This document shows, piece after piece, positions 1 to 9,017 of a stretch of DNA of 64,000 nt. This stretch comes from a virus (taxonomy: Duplodnaviria; Caudoviricetes), in the IMG/VR virus record IMGVR_UViG_2897113856_000001, positions 4,455 to 68,454 of that record; one strand, 5' to 3'. Position 1 is the first letter of the stretch; each line of letters begins with the position of its first letter. A program made the position numbers and the translations under genes. The notes under the pieces are model-generated. The model was not told the origin of the DNA, searched no databases, and saw only the letters and a program-made list of their open reading frames with translations.

Positions 1-1
1 C

Positions 2-604
2 AGAGCGGATCAGCCAGCGATATATAAATCGGTTGAAAACTACGTCAAGACGTTCGAGCGTCAGTTTGAGCAAACGGAAGGCTATATCGAACCGGCTGAC
101 CGTATCAAGTCGTTGTATCTCTTCAGCGCGAACTCCGGCACCGGAAAGACGACGACAGCGGCGGCGCTCCTTAACGAATGGCTGCGCGTCCATTACAGCG
201 GATCTTTACGGAGAGGTTTAACGCCGTCATTGCGTCCGGCCTATTTCCTCGATGTGAACGAATGGCAAGACGATTATAACGAATTCAATCGGCCGCGTGT
301 TCCGGACTCGGTCGCAGAGCCGGCCGCCACCCGTTACTACCGCGCGCTAGAAGCGGCTAAGACGGCGCCCTTTGCGGTTCTGGACGACATTGGTGTACGG
401 AACGTAACGGACGGATTTCGCGGTGATTTACACGGCATAATTAACGCGAGAGTGACGAATCAGTTGCCGACAATCTATACGAGCAACATTTCGATTGAAC
501 GTTTGCCGGGCGTGTTCGGCGAGCACCGTATTTACGATAGAATTCGCGACTTATGTATAGTGCATGGATTCGAAGGTGAATCGAAAAGGGGGCTACGGAG
601 ATGA
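2..604 (+). CDS. DnaC/IstB-like AAA+ helicase loader (5' partial)
   Basis: Frame open from base 2; Walker A SGTGKT, Walker B VLDDIG, TIYTSN, RIYDRI. Confidence 0.85.
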   Translation, partial: RADQPAIYKSVENYVKTFERQFEQTEGYIEPADRIKSLYLFSANSGTGKTTTAAALLNEWLRVHYSGSLRRGLTPSLRPAYFLDVNEWQDDYNEFNRPRVPDSVAEPAATRYYRALEAAKTAPFAVLDDIGVRNVTDGFRGDLHGIINARVTNQLPTIYTSNISIERLPGVFGEHRIYDRIRDLCIVHGFEGESKRGLRR

Positions 605-972
605 TTAAAGTGATTATTGCCGGCGGACGCGATTTCAATAACTACGAATTATTGCGCCAAAAGATGGACTCAGTTTTGCGAAATAGACAGGACGAAGAAA
701 TTATAATCGTTTCCGGAAAGGCAAGGGGAGCCGATGCTCTCGGAGAAAGATACGCTGACGAACGCGGATATAGGGTAAGTGAGCACCCGGCCGATTGGGA
801 TAGATTCGGAAAGGCTGCGGGATATATTCGTAATAAGGAGATGGCGAAAGAAGCTGACGCACTCGTGGCGTTTTGGGACGGGAAGAGCCGAGGAACTAAG
901 CATATGATCGATCTCGCAAGGGAGCATGGGTTAAAAATATCGATCGTTTATTACGGGAGTGGTCGATCATGA
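601..972 (+). CDS. SLOG/YspA-like (DUF2493) protein
   Basis: IIAGGRDF, SGKARGAD, AGYIRN, FWDGKSRGT motifs. Confidence 0.8.
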   Translation: MIKVIIAGGRDFNNYELLRQKMDSVLRNRQDEEIIIVSGKARGADALGERYADERGYRVSEHPADWDRFGKAAGYIRNKEMAKEADALVAFWDGKSRGTKHMIDLAREHGLKISIVYYGSGRS

Positions 973-1469
973 AAGCCGAAATCACTTTCGGAGACCTAGT
1001 CGCAGTAGACGGATATCCTGACCGCATTTTCTTCGTGGATGCGCGTCGGGACGTTAAGGAAACGGATGATACCGGCGTTTCTACTTACGTTGAGTTCGAT
1101 CTGACAGACGCAATACATGGCGAATGGATTCTCGCTGATGCGAACGATATCCGCCTAGTCTGCCGCAGTCAGTTTGTTGACGAATATCTTGACGGAGTTG
1201 ATTACGAAAACTATCCGGAGCCGGAGGGAACGGCGTTTCACTTTGCGGAATTTCTTCCGGAATTACCGTATGCCGATACCGTAGCTAAGCTTAGCGAAGG
1301 ACTAGAAAAGGCGTGGGATGATATGGCGAAAAAGAAGACGGAGAAAATCGATGAGCTGCTCGACGAGTTAAACGATTACAAACGTCTGGAAGCGATGTAC
1401 GGCGACGAGTAATACAAGGCGAAGCAGGACGAAGCTAAGGCGAAATTAAAGCGGGAGGTCAAGCGGTGA
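969..1469 (+). pseudogene. Phage protein with premature TAA at 1410-1412
   Basis: Frame continues YKAKQDEAKAKLKREVKR to TGA 1467-1469, which overlaps the next start. Confidence 0.6.
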
Positions 1470-1672
1470 TGTACCGCCTACTCTATCCGTTAAAGTGGAC
1501 GTTTGCTGCGCTAGATTGGGCGTTTTATTACATCGGTGTCGCTGCGAATTACATTTCGGATATGTTCGGCAAAGCCGCCGACTTCTTCCGTATTCGAATC
1601 GAAATCGCAGAGCAGGCGAAAAGAGGCGTCCGAGTGATTTACGTTAAGAGAGTGAGGAGGGATCGCGGATGA
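1466..1672 (+). CDS. Small hypothetical protein
   Basis: GGGAGG SD, overlapping stop/start coupling on both sides. Confidence 0.55.
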   Translation: MMYRLLYPLKWTFAALDWAFYYIGVAANYISDMFGKAADFFRIRIEIAEQAKRGVRVIYVKRVRRDRG

Positions 1673-2997
1673 ACTACGGTGTTTTAATGCTATCGAAAGT
1701 GATCGAGCAGAACGATCCGAACGCGCTGCTGCGCTTTAATATTACCGCGGAGGATCTGCCGACGGAAGGCGAACGCAAGGCACTCCGATACATCACGGAA
1801 TATGCGGAGAAACACGGAGGCCAGGCACCGACGGCCGAAATGGTAGCGAATGAGGTTCCGGACTTCCAGCCGGATTTTAATATCGAGGCCAATTACGATT
1901 ACCTTGCGGAAAAACTACGGAAACAGGCTGCGTTGCGAGAGTTCGTTGATATCGCGGAAAAGGAGCTTCCGGACCGGTTTAGCCAAGCGCAAGATAATCC
2001 GGAAGAATTATTTTCATGGTTGACGGAAAAAGTCGAAAGTCTTAAAATAAGAACAAACGTTCGTAGTTCTATCGGTACCGACATCAAAAAAGATACCGAC
2101 AAATTCAAAGCCGAATACGAAAACCGCAAGGCTGGCGAGTCTTTCCGGATCTGGCTCAGTAAATTCGACTTCATAAACCGGGCGATGGGCGGCTATGTTT
2201 CATCGAACGTATACGTTATTTACGGGAAGTCCGGCCGGGGAAAATCGGCCATTGCATTGGAGGAAGCGATTAATTGCGCGATGCAGGGGGCGAACGTTCT
2301 GATTTGGTCGATGGAGATGGGATGGTATGAGGTTCTCGTCAGGCTTTACGTTTCCATTTCGGCAAGCATTGGCGTGACAAAAGCGAATCTTGATGGCGTA
2401 GATATTGAGGCCGGATTTAATTCGCGCGATGTACGCCAGGGCAAGCTTTCCGACGAATTCGAAGCCGGCTTTATGGAATTCCTCGATAAGATGAACGAAC
2501 TGATCCCGGGCAACATCATTGTCCGCGCGGTAGACGACGAAGACTTCGGCTCCCGGAAACTGCGGGATTTAAAAGCGGATATCCTCGAAACGAAAGCCGA
2601 TGTCGTGCTAATCGACCCTTTTTACTACCTCGATTACGAAAAGAACACGTCAAAGACTGCGGGCGGAGACGCGGCCGAGACTTCGAAAAAACTCCGTCGT
2701 CTGGCCGGACAAACAAAAACGACTGTCTTTGCGTTGACGCAAGCGGAAGAAGGCGAAGGGAAAGACGCTGATTCCGAATTAAAGTTGCCGCAGCGTAAAG
2801 ACGTCAAGAAAACAAAGGCTCTTCTCGAAGATGCTGCGCTATTGATTGCGGTGGATACGAACGCAGAGGAAGGTCGGGGCCTGATCGGTCTGAACAAAGG
2901 CCGGGATGGCGGCGAAGGTCAGCGCGCAGAGATCGTTTATTTGCCGCAGTTTGGCGTCATTAAGCAGCTAGGGGGAGCGGATCAGTTCGATTTCTAA
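1669..2997 (+). CDS. DnaB-like (SF4) replicative helicase
   Basis: GKSGRGKS Walker A, WSMEM, VLIDPFY, LTQ, KGRDG motifs. Confidence 0.9.
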   Translation: MNYGVLMLSKVIEQNDPNALLRFNITAEDLPTEGERKALRYITEYAEKHGGQAPTAEMVANEVPDFQPDFNIEANYDYLAEKLRKQAALREFVDIAEKELPDRFSQAQDNPEELFSWLTEKVESLKIRTNVRSSIGTDIKKDTDKFKAEYENRKAGESFRIWLSKFDFINRAMGGYVSSNVYVIYGKSGRGKSAIALEEAINCAMQGANVLIWSMEMGWYEVLVRLYVSISASIGVTKANLDGVDIEAGFNSRDVRQGKLSDEFEAGFMEFLDKMNELIPGNIIVRAVDDEDFGSRKLRDLKADILETKADVVLIDPFYYLDYEKNTSKTAGGDAAETSKKLRRLAGQTKTTVFALTQAEEGEGKDADSELKLPQRKDVKKTKALLEDAALLIAVDTNAEEGRGLIGLNKGRDGGEGQRAEIVYLPQFGVIKQLGGADQFDF

Positions 2998-3018
2998 GAC
3001 GAAAGGAGTGAGACGAAA

Positions 3019-4038
3019 GTGCCGACATTGACGTTAAACGGCCGTCCGGTCGACGTCGACATACGATATGAGCTCGAACAGTTCGAATGGACGCGGCCGA
3101 CCTGGACGGACGAGCGACTCCTGGCCGCAAGCCCTTTCCGATATGACCGGTCGCCGAGCTTTTACGTTTATCTCGAAGACACGGCGACCGCGAAGGCCGG
3201 CTATTGGGGTGATAGCGGCTATTATGACGCAGAGTATGCACGGGGTGGCTTCGTTAAATTACTTGCGTTTTTACGCGAAGAAACCGAAGAGGAGACGGTC
3301 GAATACCTAATCGATTCGTACGCGCCGGAATCAGACGACGGTAAATTAACGCTGAGGCTGCCGAAGCTGAAGATCGCAAAGAATCGCGAACCGTTGAGCG
3401 AATCGATTCTCGACGACGTGACTGCGGGGCCTAACGATTATTTAAACAAGCGCGGAATCATGCCGGCTGTCCAGCGGCTAATGGGCGTCGGTATGGCTGG
3501 CGGTGCGGTTGCGTTGCCTTGGCGGTTGCCGAACGGGCGGCTCGCCAACGTAAAGTATCGGTCAACCCGGGGCAAGGCGTTCTGGTACGTCAAAGGCGGC
3601 TGGCCGATACGGGACCTTGTTTACGGAATGAATGTCGTGTATGACCGGCGGCTGACACGCGTTGTCTTATGCGAGGCGGAGATCGATGCGCAGTCGTGGA
3701 TGACGGCGGGAGTGCCGGCGATCGGAACCGGAGGATCTTCGTTCAACCAACGGAAGGCGGACATTATCGTCCAGTCTCCGATCGATCACGTAACCATCGT
3801 GACGGATAACGATAAGGCTGGCGAGAAGTTGCGGGCGGAGGTCGAGCGTTATTTATACGGGAAAGTCGGACTGGCACACGTATATATTACGGAAGGAAAG
3901 GATGCGAATGAATTATTGCTTGCGAAGGGGAGAGCGGAGTTGAAGGCGGTGTATGAGCGTGCGGATGACGTTAAGAAGTGGCGGGTGAGTTTACAGTACG
4001 GGAATACCCGTACTAAAGGTCGGCGGAGGTTATATTAA
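3019..4038 (+). CDS. DNA primase (TOPRIM)
   Basis: LCEAEIDA, TDNDKAG, KDANE motifs; follows helicase. Confidence 0.88.
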   Translation: MPTLTLNGRPVDVDIRYELEQFEWTRPTWTDERLLAASPFRYDRSPSFYVYLEDTATAKAGYWGDSGYYDAEYARGGFVKLLAFLREETEEETVEYLIDSYAPESDDGKLTLRLPKLKIAKNREPLSESILDDVTAGPNDYLNKRGIMPAVQRLMGVGMAGGAVALPWRLPNGRLANVKYRSTRGKAFWYVKGGWPIRDLVYGMNVVYDRRLTRVVLCEAEIDAQSWMTAGVPAIGTGGSSFNQRKADIIVQSPIDHVTIVTDNDKAGEKLRAEVERYLYGKVGLAHVYITEGKDANELLLAKGRAELKAVYERADDVKKWRVSLQYGNTRTKGRRRLY

Positions 4039-4274
4039 CCCTCCGTGTTATTGCCGGATACCTCGGACCATTCGTAAAGATCTTCAGGAACACAACCAAG
4101 TACATGAGCGATATTATAAGCTCGCTCGATGCTTGGAATGTTGCGGAGGCTTACGTAGTCCGTTATGTGCTGTTTTGTTAAACCGACTTTAGCTGCGAGT
4201 TGAGTCTGATCAATACCGCGTTTATGGCAAAGTTCGGGTATCCGGCATTTGCCGACCTTAAACGTAACAAACAC
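4035..4274 (-). CDS. XRE-family HTH regulator
   Basis: QTQLAAKVGLTKQHI HTH, PSIERAYNIA; GGGAGG SD. Confidence 0.85.
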   Translation of the reverse strand: MFVTFKVGKCRIPELCHKRGIDQTQLAAKVGLTKQHITDYVSLRNIPSIERAYNIAHVLGCVPEDLYEWSEVSGNNTEG

Positions 4275-4335
4275 CTCCCATCATTAAAGGTGTCCGTACT
4301 ATTTTACACTAGACGATAATATCTCGCTAGGTTAG

Positions 4336-4533
4336 CTAGTCCCTTATGATCCTAACGACACATTCGATCGGAACGTCTAATTCCTTGCACAAAAACTCAA
4401 TTGTCGAGAGACTTACAGCTTGTCCCTTATTTATACGAGCCTGCGTTTTAGAATTTAGTCCTTTTTCACGGAAATGACTCAAAGCTATTTCTTTTTCATT
4501 AAGACATTTAAATAATGGAGAATAATCAATCAT
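4336..4533 (-). CDS. Cro/C1-type HTH regulator divergent from aimR
   Basis: MIDYSPLF...VSLSTIEFLCKELDVPIE pattern; ATG at 4533 has GGAAGG SD. Confidence 0.8.
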   Translation of the reverse strand: MIDYSPLFKCLNEKEIALSHFREKGLNSKTQARINKGQAVSLSTIEFLCKELDVPIECVVRIIRD

Positions 4534-4565
4534 AATTATCTTCCTTCCAAATTTTTTGAATAATA

Positions 4566-4597
4566 ATGTGTACAAAAGTACACATATGTATTATACT
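4566..4597 (+). promoter_or_regulatory. Palindromic operator overlapping putative aimR promoter
   Basis: ATGTGTAC-AAAA-GTACACAT (4566-4585); TGTACA-17-TATACT (4569-4597). Confidence 0.6.
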
Positions 4598-4641
4598 TAG
4601 AAATATAAACGAGCGCAATTAAAAATAGAGGGGGTTTAAAT

Positions 4642-5820
4642 TTGGGCGCACTTCAGCAAGATGTTTTAAACTGTTTCGACGATTTGTTTTTGGATTTTGA
4701 TTCAGCTGCAAGTAAATTAAATATTCATGTGAATCAGCTTTACAATTTCAAAAGAACTGGGAAAATCGGATTTCGAACATTATTAAAATTGTCACAATTT
4801 TTCTATAAAGCGAAGTATCATGAATTAATGCAAGAATGGTGTTTGAAACTAACTACAACTGAGGCTATTAAACATGCTTTTGAGTATGCGGCAATAAAGC
4901 GTGATATTCCTTTGTTAGAAAAATTGCTGAAAGCGCATAGAATGGATTCCAACCTAATCAATTATACACAATTTTATCAGGTAATATATAACTACATGTT
5001 AGGGGAATTCAGACCACAAGAGTTGAGGAATTATGTGAACACTTTAAAATGCGGAAAGGATAAAGAATTAAAGGTTTTGAAAGATATCTTTTCTTGCTAC
5101 TGTCTTTATTTTGAAAATAAATATGCAACAATCGTTGAAAAAGCTTCCGATATCGAAAAAGAGATATACGAATTAAGTGACGCAAGGAAAACGTTTTTTA
5201 AAGAGTGTTATCTTATCAGACTCTCCGAAGTATTTGCGCCTGCTTATTTATATCTTAAAGATCTTTCAAAAGCGCGACGTCATGCAGAATTTCTTTTTTC
5301 TTCGAATTTAAGTGCGAAAACGAAATCTGACGGGTATTATTACATGGGTGTTTCTTTTATAGAGGAAGATAAGAAAGAGTGTCATCGCTATATAAGGATG
5401 AGCGCTGATGAGGCAAAAAAGACAAACGATTTGAGGATTGCTGCGGAAGCAAAAAACACATTGAAGTTAGTCGAGGGATTTTATTCGTATAAAGAGAAAG
5501 GGGAGATTCCTCAAAATTTACCAACACCGAAAGACATGATACTAGGCGAAAAAAATCTATTTCTGCGGTACTTCCAATTGATCAAGGATGGGACCTTATC
5601 AGATCTGGCCTGCGCGTATAGTACATTCACACAAGAATTCAACTTCCTGTTTTCAAGCATCGTTGTGGGTGATATGATCGATGCCGGATTAGACCCTCTC
5701 GTCGCTGCCCCTATAAAGGACATCCAATTAAATTACAAGGGAGAGGAATACTTTGAAAAAGATTTTATTGGCAGTTTTATTTACAGCGGTGGTTCTGCTA
5801 GCGGGAAGTTCGTTAATTAA
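4642..5820 (+). CDS. aimR: Arbitrium peptide receptor AimR-like (HTH + TPR)
   Basis: 392 aa; HELMQEWCLKL..EAIKHAFEYA resembles SPbeta AimR YELMKDYCLNL..AARSALEYA; followed by a pre-pro-peptide gene. Confidence 0.85.
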   Translation: MGALQQDVLNCFDDLFLDFDSAASKLNIHVNQLYNFKRTGKIGFRTLLKLSQFFYKAKYHELMQEWCLKLTTTEAIKHAFEYAAIKRDIPLLEKLLKAHRMDSNLINYTQFYQVIYNYMLGEFRPQELRNYVNTLKCGKDKELKVLKDIFSCYCLYFENKYATIVEKASDIEKEIYELSDARKTFFKECYLIRLSEVFAPAYLYLKDLSKARRHAEFLFSSNLSAKTKSDGYYYMGVSFIEEDKKECHRYIRMSADEAKKTNDLRIAAEAKNTLKLVEGFYSYKEKGEIPQNLPTPKDMILGEKNLFLRYFQLIKDGTLSDLACAYSTFTQEFNFLFSSIVVGDMIDAGLDPLVAAPIKDIQLNYKGEEYFEKDFIGSFIYSGGSASGKFVN

Positions 5821-5875
5821 TAATGTGACAGAAGATAATACAACACAGTTAGCAGACCCAGTCCCAGGTGGTTGA
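5753..5875 (+). CDS. aimP: Arbitrium pre-pro-peptide, predicted mature DPVPGG
   Basis: TTG start after GGGAGAGGA; MKKILLAVLFTAVVLLAGSSLINNVTEDNTTQLA-DPVPGG, 40 aa with signal peptide. Confidence 0.85.
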   Translation: MKKILLAVLFTAVVLLAGSSLINNVTEDNTTQLADPVPGG

Positions 5876-5888
5876 TTTTTCTTTTTTA

Positions 5889-5915
5889 GCCCGTCATTCG
5901 ACGGGATTTTCTTTT
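5889..5915 (+). terminator. Intrinsic terminator after aimP
   Basis: CCCGTC-ATTC-GACGGG followed by T-rich tract. Confidence 0.7.
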
Positions 5916-5929
5916 ATTTGCGAATATTC

Positions 5930-5965
5930 ATTACATTAAATTATTTTTCGGAAACATAGTGTGAT
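5930..5965. promoter_or_regulatory. Candidate AimR operator
   Basis: ATTACA-N24-TGTGAT imperfect inverted repeat directly after the aimP terminator. Confidence 0.5.
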
Positions 5966-6095
5966 AGAGAAGAATTATCCAAATTACATGTTATTATTTC
6001 TTTACAGAAGAAAAACTTAGAAAAAAATTAAGAAATTATGTGCGGCTTTAAAATGTCGCGGGTATTATTAAGTGAAAAAAGGAGGGTGAAAGTTT

Positions 6096-6710
6096 TTGAA
6101 AGAAAAACTGAATAGCCTGGTATTGAATTATCAAAAGACAAGAAGTAATAATTCCTTCACAGAGATTTATGACCTAACCATCACTCCGATGCGATCGACA
6201 TTTGAAGAGGTGGCGCGATCGTTGAGGGCTAGCGTTCCGGAGGTGTTAGCATTATACGAGGATGTCCTTATGAATTGTGTTGCTTCTTATTCCGGTGAAC
6301 ATGACTTCGAAAACTATTTTAAGTTCAGTCTAAAAAATAAACGAGCGAATCTTTATAGGAATAAAAAGAAAAGGCATCAGAATGAAGTGTTAGAGTGTGG
6401 GTTATCTTCGAATGGCGATGAAGGCGCGGCAACGCTGAGAGTCGTCGCAGAAGATACACCAGAGAATTTATTTTTCAGAAAAAAAAGAGCCGATCAGCGG
6501 CAACTGATCGACAATTTGGTTGAAAAATCGGACGAAACAACAAAAGTAATTGTTGAGACGTTCCTAGCGTGTGAACGCCCAACGCCGACGGCAATCGGTA
6601 AGAAGTTAGGCGTCCATCACATGACAGTCATTCGCAAACTCGAAAAGCTGGCAGGCTACTTCGATACTCAACAGTTCGGTGATTACCGAGACTATTTGTT
6701 TGCGAAATAA
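6096..6710 (+). CDS. Sigma-factor-like / HTH transcriptional regulator
   Basis: Region-2-like segment (YEDVLMNCVASYS..FENYFKFSLKNKRANLYR) and C-terminal HTH PTAIGKKLGVHHMTVIRKL. Confidence 0.65.
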   Translation: MKEKLNSLVLNYQKTRSNNSFTEIYDLTITPMRSTFEEVARSLRASVPEVLALYEDVLMNCVASYSGEHDFENYFKFSLKNKRANLYRNKKKRHQNEVLECGLSSNGDEGAATLRVVAEDTPENLFFRKKRADQRQLIDNLVEKSDETTKVIVETFLACERPTPTAIGKKLGVHHMTVIRKLEKLAGYFDTQQFGDYRDYLFAK

Positions 6711-6748
6711 CTTAGCGTAACTAGCCCGGAAGGCATCGCTACACCCTC

Positions 6749-6777
6749 ATCATATACAATCTGTTGTCAAAAGACAA
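6749..6777 (-). promoter_or_regulatory. sigA-like promoter firing antisense into the sigma-like gene
   Basis: Minus strand TTGTCT-17-TATGAT. Confidence 0.5.
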
Positions 6778-6846
6778 GCGAACAGAATGCGAACACACCT
6801 TCCGATCTAGTGCGTTTTACCTAAATAATATGGAGGCGAACGTACT

Positions 6847-6999
6847 ATGAATATCCCCAAAATTACCGATTCCAATACGTATCCAGCGCTAGATCAGCGC
6901 AAACTTACCGAAATTTTATATCAAGGCGCATGGCCGGTCGACGAAGATCCGGCGGACTACTACCGTCCACTTTCGATACAGGCGGTGCGGGTCGGATGA
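6847..6999 (+). CDS. Small hypothetical protein (50 aa, not in ORF track)
   Basis: GGAGG SD; ATGA overlap with next gene. Confidence 0.55.
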   Translation: MNIPKITDSNTYPALDQRKLTEILYQGAWPVDEDPADYYRPLSIQAVRVG

Positions 7000-7520
7000 A
7001 AGTCACGCTATCTCACCACGCAAAGAAACGAATTACCAAGCGCTTTAAGATCGGCAACCAAACGCCGGAAGCATGGGCGTCGCAGATGTTATCTAATGCG
7101 ATTTACTGCGGCATCGGTCCGGACAACAACGGAAAAGATGCTCGGATGTATTCCCATCGTGGAGCAACGTTCATGCTTGCGGTAGATGTAGACGTTGTTA
7201 AAACCGTGATCCCACCGAATAAAGGATGCATCAATCGTATTCGGCGTAAAGTGACGAATTTCATTACGGAAGAAATTACGAAAATGTCGCAACAAATTAC
7301 GGAAGAGGTGGCTAGGATCGATAAGTTTCGCGATGAACTCGAAGAAGAGATCGCACATTTAGAAGACCGTTTGTCGCGCGCCCGGTCATTACCGACGAAA
7401 TTGGCGTTGCAATCTCGAATTAATGCGGTTCGTATGCGTATTGACGAATTGCCGGCGGAATCGCACGAATTAAGACGCGAACTGACGCGTACAGCGAGAG
7501 GAGTCGCTGCCTATGTCTAA
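6996..7520 (+). CDS. Hypothetical protein with coiled-coil C-terminus
   Basis: Start coupled to upstream stop; N-terminal LSHHAKKR motif. Confidence 0.65.
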   Translation: MKVTLSHHAKKRITKRFKIGNQTPEAWASQMLSNAIYCGIGPDNNGKDARMYSHRGATFMLAVDVDVVKTVIPPNKGCINRIRRKVTNFITEEITKMSQQITEEVARIDKFRDELEEEIAHLEDRLSRARSLPTKLALQSRINAVRMRIDELPAESHELRRELTRTARGVAAYV

Positions 7521-7767
7521 CGCATGGCTATTCGAAATATTTGCGGTGATTGCAGCGCTTTGTATTTGCAGACTTATTTACGAAGTTAATCGCGAAGAAG
7601 GCGAATGAGGGCGGCGGATATGCGGCCCGGCGCTCGGAGAATGTCGGGGTGGCCGTTAAGTAACAGAGTCGCGTCGCTACGGCTTAGCGCTGGCGGCGTT
7701 TCGGACGCAGATACCGGCATTTTGCGAGGGCGAAAAGCCTCAAAATTAAAACGTAGGGGGAAATCGA

Positions 7768-8523
7768 ATGAGCATTAGAGACATTTTGAAAGAGCGCGAA
7801 GAAGAACGTGATAAGGCGGCTAACGGCGAAAGCGAATTCCCGGAGGGCGTTACGCGTTATGTCCGCGTCGGAAGTCGCGGGGAGATCAACAAAGAAGGAC
7901 GTACGTTGGTTATGCTTGCGCCGTACGATGAGTGGTACGTCTATTTCGTACATGAAAACAGAGAATACACCGGAAAGGGCTACGATCATAAATTCCGAAA
8001 GCATACGTGCTTGCACTCCCCTCGTAGTACCGTCAGCGTTGACGAGTTAAAAAAATACTTCCAGCCAGGAAAAAATGAGTGCATTTCGTGCAAAGCGGGA
8101 GCAAAACGAAAAATGTTCTTTATGATACCGGTGTACGATCCGACATACAAAACTTATCGCGTTATAGACATTGCGGAATTCCACGCAAACAGTTTAATGG
8201 ATGATTTTGATAAAGCGGAGAAGCCGGTCAAGAAAATCAAGTCGGATTATACACTCGTAGGTCAAGCGGTGCATTTTAAGCAGTCCGACAAGACTTATTC
8301 GTTAGAAACTGGAGATCTACCTGGCGATGTTCTTGAAGAAGCAAAAGCGTTTATCGGCATCGACTACAAATACGAAGAACTCGCTAACTTCCGCGATGAA
8401 GAAGACATCGTTAAGATTCTTCACGAAGCGAAAGAGGGCGTCAAGAAAGCCGTTCTGCCTCCATTAGCGGAATCTAATAACGAAAAATCTAACGAAATCA
8501 GTGACGATGATCTGCCGTTTTAA
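7768..8523 (+). CDS. Single-stranded DNA-binding protein (gp32-like)
   Basis: His/Cys zinc-like motif (HTC..CISC), acidic tail DDDLPF. Confidence 0.7.
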   Translation: MSIRDILKEREEERDKAANGESEFPEGVTRYVRVGSRGEINKEGRTLVMLAPYDEWYVYFVHENREYTGKGYDHKFRKHTCLHSPRSTVSVDELKKYFQPGKNECISCKAGAKRKMFFMIPVYDPTYKTYRVIDIAEFHANSLMDDFDKAEKPVKKIKSDYTLVGQAVHFKQSDKTYSLETGDLPGDVLEEAKAFIGIDYKYEELANFRDEEDIVKILHEAKEGVKKAVLPPLAESNNEKSNEISDDDLPF

Positions 8524-8545
8524 TAAAACGAAGGGGGACGATTGA

Positions 8546-8977
8546 ATGGCGCATCTCAAGGAAACTATCGGCAAATATTCCGAACTGATCGCCCGCGCGG
8601 CTTTATTAGCCAGCGGGTGGCAGGCGGTATCAAAAGCGGAGACGGAAGAATCCTTCGATATCAGCGCAAGAGATCCGGGCACTGGCGAATGGAAGACGTT
8701 CCAGGTTAAGACGATTCGTGATCGTCGGGAAGACCGCGGCTATTTAACGGTAGAAGGGCGCAAAGGAGACGGTCAGCCTTATACGACGGACGACGTCGAC
8801 TTCTTCATCGGCGTGCTGATCGGTGAGGGAAAATTCCCTCGCGTTTGGATGTTCGATAATCGCGGCATTACCGACTATTGGGGGCCGTCAGTAAAGGAAG
8901 GCAAGCGCTGGGTCGAAATGGATCTGAATTTCATGCGGGAAGATTTTGTGGAAAATAACGAAGCGGAGGCGGTTTGA
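8546..8977 (+). CDS. PD-(D/E)XK nuclease
   Basis: E..FD..QVKT motif. Confidence 0.65.
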   Translation: MAHLKETIGKYSELIARAALLASGWQAVSKAETEESFDISARDPGTGEWKTFQVKTIRDRREDRGYLTVEGRKGDGQPYTTDDVDFFIGVLIGEGKFPRVWMFDNRGITDYWGPSVKEGKRWVEMDLNFMREDFVENNEAEAV

Positions 8978-9017
8978 CCTTACCGGGTCGGACGGTCAAT
9001 AAAAGGAGGACGATTCG

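Noticed and set aside
6778-6796. CGAAC motifs as an SOS box
   Set aside because: Direct half-sites only; no GAAC-N4-GTTC palindrome
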